From Utricularia gibba (taxonomy: Eukaryota; Plantae; Magnoliophyta): a stretch of DNA of 28,168 nt. Of this stretch, positions 1 through 12,400 are shown piece after piece. Made by a program: the position numbers and the translations under genes. The stretch lies in assembly GCA_002189035.1 (NCBI GenBank), contig NEEC01000198.1, forward strand, positions 1 to 28,168, given 5' to 3'. The notes beneath the pieces were generated by a model that did not search any database, was not told the DNA's origin, and was given only the letters and a program-made list of their open reading frames with translations. Each line of letters opens with the position of its first letter. The stretch's first letter is position 1.

Positions 1-3000
1 TGGTTTTCTCAACCGCATGCTTTATATTTGATAAGGTGCTCTCGTGGGGCAACGGTATCGAGTAGGAGGTCGAGTCGAGCTCGGGCCCATAGTCATTTGT
101 AGCTCGGCAAAAAACTTGATGCATTTATTAACGGTTGGTTTTAATAGGCTGCCTCAATGGTTTTCTCAAGGAAAAGCTTGTCGTTTTTGGGCGGGTGATG
201 TCGTTGTGAACTTCGTTCTGACCCAAGGTTCGGTCTGTCTCCTTTGCCAAATCTGGTCCTACTCGACGAAAATCGTGATGCAGTTTATTGAAGTTAGGAT
301 TTCATGAGCACCAAAATGCTTTTGTCAATCGCATGCTTTGTAGTTGAGGAGGCGCTCTAGTGGGGCACGGTATCGGGCAAAAGGTCGAGTCGGGCTCGCT
401 CCCAGAGTCATTTTTAGCCTGTCAAAAAAGTGATGCATTTATTAACGTTGGGTTTTAATAGGCTGCCTACATGGTTTCTCAAGGAAAAGCTTGTCGTTGG
501 GCGGGTGATGTCTTTTGGAACTTCGTTCTGACCATAGGTTCGGTCTGACTCCTTTGCCACATCGGGTCCTACTCGACGAAAATCGTGATGCAGTTATTGA
601 AGTTAGGATTTCATGAGCACCAAAAATGGTTTTCTCAACCGCATGCTTTATATTTGATAAGGTGCTCTCGTGGGGCAACGGTATCGAGTAGGAGGTCGAG
701 TCGAGCTCGGGCCCATAGTCATTTGTAGCTCGGCAAAAAACTTGATGCATTTATTAACGGTTGGTTTTAATAGGCTGCCTCAATGGTTTTCTCAAGGAAA
801 AGCTTGTCGTTTTTGGGCGGGTGATGTCGTTGTGAACTTCGTTCTGACCCAAGGTTCGGTCTGACTCCTTTGCCAAATCGGTCCTACTCGACGAAAATCG
901 TGATGCAGTTATTGAAGTTAGGATTCATGAGCACCCAAAATGGTTTTCTCAACCGCATGCTTTATATTTTGATAGGCGCTCTCGTGGGGCAACGGTATCG
1001 AGCAGGAGGTCGAGTCGAGCTCGGCCCAGAGTCATTTGTAGCCGGCAAAAAATGATGCATTTATTAACGTTCGGTTTTAATAGGCTGCCTACATTTTCTC
1101 AAGGAAAAGCTTGTCGTTTCTGGCGGGTGATGTCTTTTGGAACTTCGTTCTGACCATAGGTTCGGTCTGACTCCTTTGCCACATCGGGTCCTACTCGACG
1201 AAAATCGTGATGCAGTTATTGAAGTTAGGATATCATGAGCACCCAAAATGGTTTTCTCAACCGCATGCTTTATATTTGATAAGGCACTCTCGTGGGGCAA
1301 CGGTATCGAGCAGGAGGTCGAGTCGAGCTCGGGCCCATAGTCATTTGTAGCTCGGCAAAAAACTTGATGCATTTATTAACGTTGGTTTAATAGGCTGCCT
1401 ACATGGTTTTCTCAAGGAAAAGCTTGTCGTTTTTGGGGGGTGATGTCGTTGTGAACTTCGTTCTGACCAAGGTTCGGTCTGACTCCTTTGCCACATCGGG
1501 TCCTACTACGAAAATCGTGATGCAGTTATTGAAGTTAGGATTCATGAGCACCAAAATGGTTTTCTCAACGCATGCTTTATATTTGATAAGGCTCTCGTGG
1601 GCACGCTCGCGAGGTCGAGTCGAGCTCGGGCCAGAGTCATTTGTAGCTCGGCAAAAAATTGATGCATTTATTAACGTTGGTTTTAATAGGCTGCCTACAT
1701 GGTTTTCTCAAGGAAAAGCTTGTCGTTTTTGGGCGGGTGATGTCGTTGGAACTTCGTTCTGACCAAGGTTCGGTCTGACTCCTTTGCCACATCGGTCCTA
1801 CTCGACGAAAATCGTGATGCAGTTATTGAAGTTAGGATTCATGAGCACCCAAAATGGTTTTCTCAACCGCATGCTTTATATTTGATAAGGCACTCTCGTG
1901 GGGCAACGGTATCGAGCAGGAGGTCGAGTCGAGCTCGGGCCCAGAGTCATTTGTAGCCCGGCAAAAAAATTGATGCATTTATTAACGTTGGCTTTTAATA
2001 GGCTGCCTACATTTTCTCAAGGAAAAGCTTGTCGTTTCTGGGCGGGTGATGTCGTTGGGAACTTCGTTCTGACCAAGGTTCGGTCTGACTCCTTTGCCAC
2101 ATCGGGTCCTACTCGACGAAAATCGTGATGCAGTTATTGAAGTTAGGATTCATGAGCACCCAAAATGGTTTTCTCAACCGCATGCTTTATATTTGATAGG
2201 CGCTCTCGTGGGGCAACGGTATCGAGCAGGAGGTCGAGTCGAGCTCGGGCCCAGAGTCATTTGTAGCCCGGCAAAAAATTGATGCATTTATTAACGTTGG
2301 TTTATTAGGCTGCCTACATTTTCTCAAGGAAAAGCTTGTCGTTTTTGGGCGGGTGATGTCTTTTGGAACTTCGTTCTGACCAGGTTCTGACTCCTTTGCC
2401 ACATCGGGTCCTACTCGACGAAAATCGTGATGCAGTTATTGAAGTTAGGATTCATGAGCACCCAAAATGGTTTTCAACCGCATGCTTTATATTTGATAGG
2501 CGCTCTCGTGGGGCAACGGTATCGAGCAGGAGGTCGAGTCGAGCTCGGGCCCATAGTCATTTGTAGCTCGGCAAAAAACTTGATGCATTTATTAACGTTG
2601 GGTTTTAATAGGCTGCCTACATGTTTTCTCAAGGAAAAGCTTGTCGTTTTGGGCGGTGATGTCGTTGGAACTTCGTTCTGACCCAAGGTTCGGTCTGACT
2701 CCTTTGCCACATCGGGTCCTACTCGACGAAAATCGTGATGCAGTTATTGAAGTTAGGATTCATGAGCACCCAAAATGGTTTTCTCAACCGCATGCTTTAT
2801 ATTTGATAAGGCACTCTCGTGGGGCAACGGTATCGAGCAGGAGGTCGAGTCGAGCTCGGCCCAGAGTCATTTGTAGCCCGGCAAAAAAATTGATGCATTT
2901 ATTAACGTTGGCTTTATAGGCTGCCTACATATTTTCTCAAGGAAAGCTTGTCGTTTCTGGGCGGGTGATGTCGGGAAACCCACGGTTCGGTCTGACTCCT

Positions 3001-4614
3001 TTGCCACATCGGGTCCTACTCGACGAAAATCGTGATGCAGTTATTGAAGTTAGGATTTCATGAGCACCCAAAATGGTTTTCTCAACCGCATGCTTTATAT
3101 TTGAGGAGGCGCTCTCGTGGGGCAACGGTATCGAGCAGGAGGTCGAGTCGAGCTCGGGCCCATAGTCATTTGTAGCTCGGCAAAAAACTTGATGCATTTA
3201 TTAACGTTGGTTTTTAATAGGCTGCCTACATGGTTTCTCAAGGAAAAGCTTGTCGTTTTGGGCGGGTGATGTCTTTGGAACTTCGTTCTGACCAAGGTTC
3301 GGTCTGACTCCTTTGCCACATCGGGTCCTACTCGACGAAAATCGTGATGCAGTTATTGAAGTTAGGATTTCATGAGCACCCAAAATGGTTTTCTCAACCG
3401 CATGCTTTATATTTGATAAGGTGCTCTCGTGGGGCAACGGTATCGAGTAGGAGGTCGAGTCGAGCTCGGGCCCATAGTCATTTGTAGCTCGGCAAAAAAC
3501 TTGATGCATTTATTAACGGTTGGTTTTAATAGGCTGCCTCAATGTTTTCTCAAGGAAAAGCTTGTCGTTTTTGGGCGGGTGATGTCGTTGTGAACTTCGT
3601 TCTGACCCAAGGTTCGGTCTGTCTCCTTTGCCAATCGGTCCTACTCGACGAAAATCGTGATGCAGTTATTGAAGTTAGGATTTCATGAGCACCCAAAATG
3701 TTTTCAATCGCATGCTTTATAGTTGAGGAGGCGCTCTCGTGGGGCAACGGTATCGGGCAAAAGGTCGAGTCGGCTCGCTCCAGAGTCATTTGTAGCCTGC
3801 AAAAAAATTGATGCATTTATTAACGTTGGGTTTTAATAGGCTGCCTACATGGTTTCTCAAGGAAAAGCTTGTCGTTTCTGGGCGGGTGATGTCTTTTGGA
3901 ACTTCGTTCTGACCAAGGTTCGGTCTGACTCCTTTGCCACATCGGGTCCTACTCGACGAAAATCGTGATGCAGTTATTGAAGTTAGGATTCATGAGCACC
4001 CAAAATGGTTTTCTCAACCGCATGCTTTATATTTGATAAGGCACTCTCGTGGGGCAACGGTATCGAGCAGGAGGTCGAGTCGAGCTCGGGCCCAGAGTCA
4101 TTTGTAGCCGGCAAAAAAATTGATGCATTTATTAACGTTGGCTTTATTAGGCTGCCTACATGTTTCTCAAGGAAAAGCTTGTCGTTTCTGGGCGGGTGAT
4201 GTCGTTGGAACTTCGTTCTGACCAAGGTTCGGTCTGACTCCTTTGCCACATCGGGTCCTACTCGACGAAAATCGTGATGCAGTTATTGAAGTTAGGATTC
4301 ATGAGCACCAAAATGGTTTTCTCAACCGCATGCTTTATATTGATAAGGCTCGTGGGGCAACGGTATCGAGCAGGAGGTCGAGTCGAGCTCGGGCCCATAG
4401 TCATTTGTAGCTCGGCAAAAAACTTGATGCATTTATTAACGTTGGTTTTAATAGACATGTTTTCTCAAGGAAAAGCTTGTCGTTTTGGGCGGGTGATGTC
4501 GTTGTGAACTTCGTTCTGACCCAAGGTTCGGTCTGTCTCCTTTGCCAAATCTGGTCCTACTCGACGAAAATCGTGATGCAGTTATTGAAGTTAGGATTTC
4601 ATGAGCACCCAAAA

Positions 4615-6447
4615 TGGTTTTTCAATCGCATGCTTTGTATTGAGGATCTCGTGGGGCACGGTATAGGTCGAGTCGGGCTCGGCCCAGAGTCATTTTTAGC
4701 CGGCAAAAAATGATGCATTTATTAACGTTGGTTTTAATAGGCTGCCTACATGGTTTCTCAAGGAAAAGCTTGTCGTTTCTGGCGGGTGATGTCTTTTGGA
4801 ACTTCGTTCTGACCAAGGTTCGGTCTGACTCCTTTGCCACATCGGGTCCTACTCGACGAAAATCGTGATGCAGTTATTGAAGTTAGGATCATGAGCACCC
4901 AAAATGACCGATGCTTTAATTTGATCGTGATATCGCAGGAGGTCGAGTAGCTTAGTCAAGCTCGGCAAAAAACTTGATGCATTTATTAACGTTGGTTTTA
5001 ATAGGCTGCCTACATGAGCATGTCCCGTTCTGAAAAAATCGGTCCTACTCGACGAAAATCGTGATGCAGTTATTGAAGTTAGGATTTCATGAGCACCCAA
5101 AATGCTCAACCGCATGCTTTATATTTGATAAGGCGCTCTCGTGGGCAACGGTATCGAGCAGGAGGTCGAGTCGAGCTCGGGCCCATAGTCATTTGTAGCT
5201 CGGCAAAAAACTTGATGCATTATTAACGTTGGTTTTAATAGCACATTTATTAAGTTGAAAAGCTACTCGTCGTGATGCAGTTATTGAAGTTAGGATTCAT
5301 GAGCACCCAAAATGGTTTTCTCAACCGCATGCTCTCTCGTGGGGCAACGGTATCGAGAGGAGGTCGAGTCGAGCTCGGGCCCATAGTCATTTGTAGCTCG
5401 GCAAAAAACTTGATGCATTTATTAACGGTTGGTTTTAATAGGCTGCCTCAATGGTTTTCTCAAGGAAAAGCTTGTCGTTTTTGGGCGGGTGATGTCGTTG
5501 GAACTTCGTTCTGACCAAGGTTCGGTCTGAATCGGTCCTACTCGACGAAAATCGTGATGCAGTTATTGAAGTTAGGATTTCATGAGCACCCAAAATGGTT
5601 TTCTCAATCGCATGCTCGCTCTTGGGGCACGGTATCGGCAAGGTCGAGTCGGCTCGCCCAGTCATTTGTAGGATGCATTTATTAACGTTGGTTTTAATAG
5701 GCTGCCTACATGGTTTCTCAAGGAAAAGCTTGTCGTTTCTGGCGGGTGATGTCTTTTGGAACTTCGTTCTGACCATAGGTTCGGTCTGACTCCTTTGCCA
5801 CATCGGGTCCTACTCGACGAAAATCGTGATGCAGTTATTGAAGTTAGGATTCATGAGCACCCAAAATGGTTTTCTCAACGCATGCTTTATATTTGCTCTC
5901 GTGGGGCAACGGTATCGAGCAGGAGGTCGAGTCGAGCTATAGTCATTTGTAGCTCGGCAAAAAACTTGATGCATTTATTAACGTTGGTTTAATAGGCTGC
6001 CTACATGTTTTCTCAAGGAAAAGCTTGTCGTTTTGGGCGGGTGATGTCGTTGGAACTTCGTTCTGACCAAGGTTCGGTCTGACAAGGTCCTACTCGACGA
6101 AAATCGTGATGCAGTTATTGAAGTTAGGATTTCATGAGCACCCAAAATGGTTTTCTCAACCGCATGCTTTATATTTGATAAGGCGGTGGGGCAACGGTAT
6201 CGAGCAGGAGGTCGAGTCGAGCTCGGCCAAGTCATTTGTAGCCGGCAAAAAATTGATGCATTTATTAACGTTGGTTTTAATAGGCTGCCTACATGGTTTC
6301 TCAAGGAAAAGCTTGTCGTTTCTGGGCGGTGATGTCTTTGGAACTTCGTTCTGACCAGGTTCGGTCTGACTCCTTTGCCACATCGGGTCCTACTCGACGA
6401 AAATCGTGATGCAGTTATTGAAGTTAGGATTTCATGAGCACCCAAAA
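4615..6447. other. Degenerate or collapsed part of the array (monomers of about 198-300 bp)
   Basis: Monomer lengths are 290, 198, 210, 283, 271, 281 and 300 bp, with internal deletions and garbled segments such as 4905-4965, 5015-5040 and 5241-5270. Confidence 0.85.
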
Positions 6448-9400
6448 TGGTTTTCTCAACCGCATGCTTTATATTTGATAAGGTGCTCTCGTGGGGCAAC
6501 GGTATCGAGTAGGAGGTCGAGTCGAGCTCGGGCCCATAGTCATTTGTAGCTCGGCAAAAAACTTGATGCATTTATTAACGTTGGTTTTAATAGGCTGCCT
6601 CAATGGTTTTCTCAAGGAAAAGCTTGTCGTTTTTGGGCGGGTGATGTCGTTGTGAACTTCGTTCTGACCCAAGGTTCGGTCTGTCTCCTTTGCCAAATCT
6701 CCTACTCGACGAAAATCGTGATGCAGTTATTGAAGTTAGGATTTCATGAGCACCCAAAATGCTTTTCTCAATCGCATGCTTTATATTGAGGAGGCTCTAG
6801 TGGGGCACGGTATCGGGCAAAGGTCGAGTCGGGCTCGCTCCAGAGTCATTTTAGCCGTCAAAAAAATGATGCATTTATTAACGTTGGGTTTTAATAGGCT
6901 GCCTACATGGTTTCTCAAGGAAAAGCTTGTCGTTTCTGGGGGTGATGTCTTTTGGAACTTCGTTCTGACCATAGGTTCGGTCTGACTCCTTTGCCACATC
7001 GGGTCCTACTCGACGAAAATCGTGATGCAGTTATTGAAGTTAGGATTTCATGAGCACCCAAAATGGTTTTCTCAACCGCATGCTTTATATTTGATAAGGC
7101 GCTCTCGTGGGGCAACGGTATCGAGTAGGAGGTCGAGTCGAGCTCGGGCCCATAGTCATTTGTAGCTCGGCAAAAAACTTGATGCATTTATTAACGTTGG
7201 TTTTAATAGGCTGCCAATGGTTTTCTCAAGGAAAAGCTTGTCGTTTTTGGGCGGGTGATGTCGTTGTGAACTTCGTTCTGACCCAAGGTTCGGTCTGACT
7301 CCTTTGCCAGGTCCTACTCGACGAAAATCGTGATGCAGTTATTGAAGTTAGGATTCATGAGCACCCAAAATGGTTTTCTCAACCGCATGCTTTATATTTG
7401 ATAAGGCTCTCGTGGGGCAACGGTATCGAGCAGGAGGTCGAGTCGAGCTCGCCCAGAGTCATTTGTAGCCCGGCAAAAAATTGATGCATTTATTAACGTT
7501 TTTATTAGGCTGCCTACATAGTTTCTCAAGGAAAAGCTTGTCGTTTCTGGGCGGGTGATGTCTTTTGGAACTTCGTTCTGACCAAGGTTCGGTCTGACTC
7601 CTTTGCCACATCGGGTCCTACTCGACGAAAATCGTGATGCAGTTATTGAAGTTAGGATTTCATGAGCACCCAAAATGGTTTTCTCAACCGCATGCTTTAT
7701 ATTTGATAAGGCGCTCTCGTGGGCAACGGTATCGAGCAGGAGGTCGAGTCGAGCTCGGGCCCAGAGTCATTTGTAGCTCGGCAAAAAACTTGATGCATTT
7801 ATTAACGTTGGGTTTTAATAGGCTGCCTACATGTTTCTCAAGGAAAAGCTTGTCGTTTTTGGGCGGGTGATGTCGTTGTGAACTTCGTTCTGACCCAAGG
7901 TTCGGTCTGTCTCCTTTGCCAAATCGGTCCTACTCGACGAAAATCGTGATGCAGTTATTGAAGTTAGGATTTCATGAGCACCCAAAATGGTTTTCTCAAC
8001 CGCATGCTTTATATTTGATAAGGTGCTCTCGTGGGGCAACGGTATCGAGTAGGAGGTCGAGTCGAGCTCGGGCCCATAGTCATTTGTAGCTCGGCAAAAA
8101 ACTTGATGCATTTATTAACGGTTGGTTTTAATAGGCTGCCTAATGGTTTCTCAAGGAAAAGCTTGTCGTTTTTGGGCGGGTGATGTCGTTGAACTTCGTT
8201 CTGACCCAAGGTTCGGTCTGTCTCCTTTGCCAAATCTGGTCCTACTCGACGAAAATCGTGATGCAGTTATTGAAGTTAGGATTTCATGAGCACCCAAAAT
8301 GCTTTTGTCAATCGCATGCTTTATTGAGGAGGCGCTCTAGTGGGCACGGTATCGGGCAAAAGGTCGAGTCGAGCTCGCTCCAGAGTCATTTTTAGCCTGT
8401 CAAAAAAAGTGATGCATTTATTAACGTTGGGTTTTAATAGGCTGCCTACATGGTTTCTCAAGGAAAAGCTTGTCGTTTCTGGGCGGGTGATGTCTTTTGG
8501 AACTTCGTTCTGACCATAGGTTCGGTCTGACTCCTTTGCCACATCGGGTCCTACTCGACGAAAATCGTGATGCAGTTATTGAAGTTAGGATTTCATGAGC
8601 ACCCAAAATGGTTTTCTCAACCGCATGCTTTATATTTGATAAGGCGCTCTCGTGGGGCAACGGTATCGAGTAGGAGGTCGAGTCGAGCTCGGGCCCATAG
8701 TCATTTGTAGCCGGCAAAAAAATTGATGCATTTATTAACGTTGGTTTTAATAGGCTGCCTCAATGGTTTCTCAAGGAAAAGCTTGTCGTTTTGGGCGGGT
8801 GATGTCGTTGGAACTTCGTTCTGACCCAAGGTTCGGTCTGACTCCTTTGCCAATCGGGTCCTACTCGACGAAAATCGTGATGCAGTTATTGAAGTTAGGA
8901 TTCATGAGCACCCAAAATGGTTTTCTCAACCGCATGCTTTATATTTGATAGGCGCTCTCGTGGGGCAACGGTATCGAGCAGGAGGTCGAGTCGAGCTCGG
9001 CCCATAGTCATTTGTAGCTCGGCAAAAAACTTGATGCATTTATTAACGTTGGGTTTTAATAGGCCTACATGTTTCTCAAGGAAAAGCTTGTCGTTTTTGG
9101 CGGGTGATGTCGTTGTGAACTTCGTTCTGACCCAAGGTTCGGTCTGTCTCCTTTGCCAATCGGTCCTACTCGACGAAAATCGTGATGCAGTTATTGAAGT
9201 TAGGATTTCATGAGCACCCAAAATGGTTTTCTCAACCGCATGCTTTATATTTGATAAGGTGCTCTCGTGGGGCAACGGTATCGAGTAGGAGGTCGAGTCG
9301 AGCTCGGGCCCATAGTCATTTGTAGCTCGGCAAAAAATTGATGCATTTATTAACGGTTGGTTTTAATAGGCTGCCTCAATGGTTTTCTCAAGGAAAAGCT

Positions 9401-12400
9401 TGTCGTTTTGGGCGGGTGATGTCGTTGTGAACTTCGTTCTGACCCAAGGTTCGGTCTGTCTCCTTTGCCAAATCTGGTCCTACTCGACGAAAATCGTGAT
9501 GCAGTTATTGAAGTTAGGATTTCATGAGCACCCAAAATGCTTTTCAATCGCATGCTTTGTATTGAGGAGGCGCTCTAGTGGGGCACGGTATCGGCAAAAG
9601 GTCGAGTCGGGCTCGCTCCCAGAGTCATTTAGCCTGTCAAAAAAAGTGATGCATTTATTAACGTTGGGTTTTAATAGGCTGCCTACATGGTTTCTCAAGG
9701 AAAAGCTTGTCGTTTCTGGGCGGGTGATGTCTTTTGGAACTTCGTTCTGACCATAGGTTCGGTCTGACTCCTTTGCCACATCGGGTCCTACTCGACGAAA
9801 ATCGTGATGCAGTTATTGAAGTTAGGATTTCATGAGCACCCAAAATGGTTTTCTCAACCGCATGCTTTATATTTGATAAGGTGCTCTCGTGGGGCAACGG
9901 TATCGAGTAGGAGGTCGAGTCGAGCTCGGGCCCATAGTCATTTGTAGCTCGGCAAAAAACTTGATGCATTTATTAACGTTGGTTTTAATAGGCTGCCTCA
10001 ATGGTTTCAAGGAAAAGCTTGTCGTTTTTGGGCGGGTGATGTCGTTGTGAACTTCGTTCTGACCCAAGGTTCGGTCTGTCTCCTTTGCCAAATCTGGTCC
10101 TACTCGACGAAAATCGTGATGCAGTTATTGAAGTTAGGATTTCATGAGCACCCAAAATGCTTTTTTCAATCGCATGCTTTTATTGAGGAGGCGCTCTAGT
10201 GGGGCACGGTATCGGGCAAAAGGTCGAGTCGGGCTCGCTCCCAGAGTCATTTTTAGCCCAAAAAAATGATGCATTTATTAACGTTGGGTTTTAATAGGCT
10301 GCCTACATGGTTTCTCAAGGAAAAGCTTGTCGTTTCTGGGCGGGTGATGTCTTTGGAACTTCGTTCTGACCATAGGTTCGGTCTGACTCCTTTGCCACAT
10401 CGGGTCCTACTCGACGAAAATCGTGATGCAGTTATTGAAGTTAGGATTTCATGAGCACCCAAAATGGTTTTCTCAACCGCATGCTTTATATTTGATAAGG
10501 TGCTCTCGTGGGGCAACGGTATCGAGTAGGAGGTCGAGTCGAGCTCGGGCCCATAGTCATTTGTAGCTCGGCAAAAAACTTGATGCATTTATTAACGGTT
10601 GGTTTTAATAGGCTGCCTCAATGGTTTTCTCAAGGAAAAGCTTGTCGTTTTTGGGCGGGTGATGTCGTTGTGAACTTCGTTCTGACCAAGGTTCGGTCTG
10701 ACTCCTTTGCCAAATCTGGTCCTACTCGACGAAAATCGTGATGCAGTTATTGAAGTTAGGATTTCATGAGCACCCAAAATGTTTTTCAACGCATGCTTTG
10801 TATTAGGCGCTCTAGTGGGGCACGGTATCGGCAAAAGGTCGAGTCGGGCTCGGCCCAGAGTCATTTTTAGCCTGCAAAAAAATGATGCATTTATTAACGT
10901 TGGGTTTTAATAGGCTGCCTACATGGTTTCTCAAGGAAAAGCTTGTCGTTTCTGGGCGGGTGATGTCTTTGGAACTTCGTTCTGACCATAGGTTCGGTCT
11001 GACTCCTTTGCCACATCGGGTCCTACTCGACGAAAATCGTGATGCAGTTATTGAAGTTAGGATTTCATGAGCACCCAAAATGGTTTTCTCAACCGCATGC
11101 TTTATATTTGATAAGGCACTCTCGTGGGGCAACGGTATCGAGCAGGAGGTCGAGTCGAGCTCGGCCCAGAGTCATTTGTAGCCCGGCAAAAAAATTGATG
11201 CATTTATTAACGTTGGTTTTATTAGGCTGCCTACATGTTTCTCAAGGAAAAGCTTGTCGTTTTGGCGGGTGATGTCTTTGGAACTTCGTTCTGACCAAGG
11301 TTCGGTCTGACTCCTTTGCCACATCGGGTCCTACTCGACGAAAATCGTGATGCAGTTATTGAAGTTAGGATTCATGAGCACCCAAAATGGTTTTCTCAAC
11401 CGCATGCTTTATATTTGATAAGGCGCTCTCGTGGGCAACGGTATCGAGTAGGAGGTCGAGTCGAGCTCGGGCCCATAGTCATTTGTAGCTCGGCAAAAAA
11501 CTTGATGCATTTATTAACGTTGGTTTTAATAGGCTGCCTCAATGGTTTCTCAAGGAAAAGCTTGTCGTTTTTGGCGGGTGATGTCGTTGTGAACTTCGTT
11601 CTGACCCAAGGTTCGGTCTGTCTCCTTTGCCAAATCGGTCCTACTCGACGAAAATCGTGATGCAGTTATTGAAGTTAGGATTTCATGAGCACCCAAAATG
11701 CTTTTTCAATCGCATGCTTTGTAGTTGAGGAGGCGCTCTAGTGGGGCACGGTATCGGGCAAAAGGTCGAGTCGGGCTCGTCCAGAGTCATTTTTAGCCGT
11801 CAAAAAAATGATGCATTTATTAACGTTGGGTTTTAATAGGCTGCCTACATGGTTTCTCAAGGAAAAGCTTGTCGTTTCTGGGCGGGTGATGTCTTTTGGA
11901 ACTTCGTTCTGACCATAGGTTCGGTCTGACTCCTTTGCCACATCGGGTCCTACTCGACGAAAATCGTGATGCAGTTATTGAAGTTAGGATTCATGAGCAC
12001 CCAAAATGGTTTTCTCAACCGCATGCTTTATATTTGATAGGCTCTCGTGGGGCAACGGTATCGAGCAGGAGGTCGAGTCGAGCTCGGGCCCATAGTCATT
12101 TGTAGCTCGGCAAAAAACTTGATGCATTTATTAACGTTGGGTTTTAATAGGCTGCCTACATGTTTCTCAAGGAAAAGCTTGTCGTTTTTGGCGGGTGATG
12201 TCGTTGTGAACTTCGTTCTGACCAAGGTTCGGTCTGTCTCCTTTGCCACATCGGTCCTACTCGACGAAAATCGTGATGCAGTTATTGAAGTTAGGATTTC
12301 ATGAGCACCCAAAATGGTTTTCTCAACCGCATGCTTTATATTTGATAAGGCGCTCTCGTGGGGCAACGGTATCGAGCAGGAGGTCGAGTCGAGCTCGGCC

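Noticed and set aside
1-316. Apparent polylinker-like density of 6-bp palindromes (SphI, SacI, ApaI, NsiI, HindIII, BspHI; AclI in non-A classes)
   Set aside because: About 6-7 are observed against about 5 expected by chance in 316 bp. They are dispersed, and there is no vector context.
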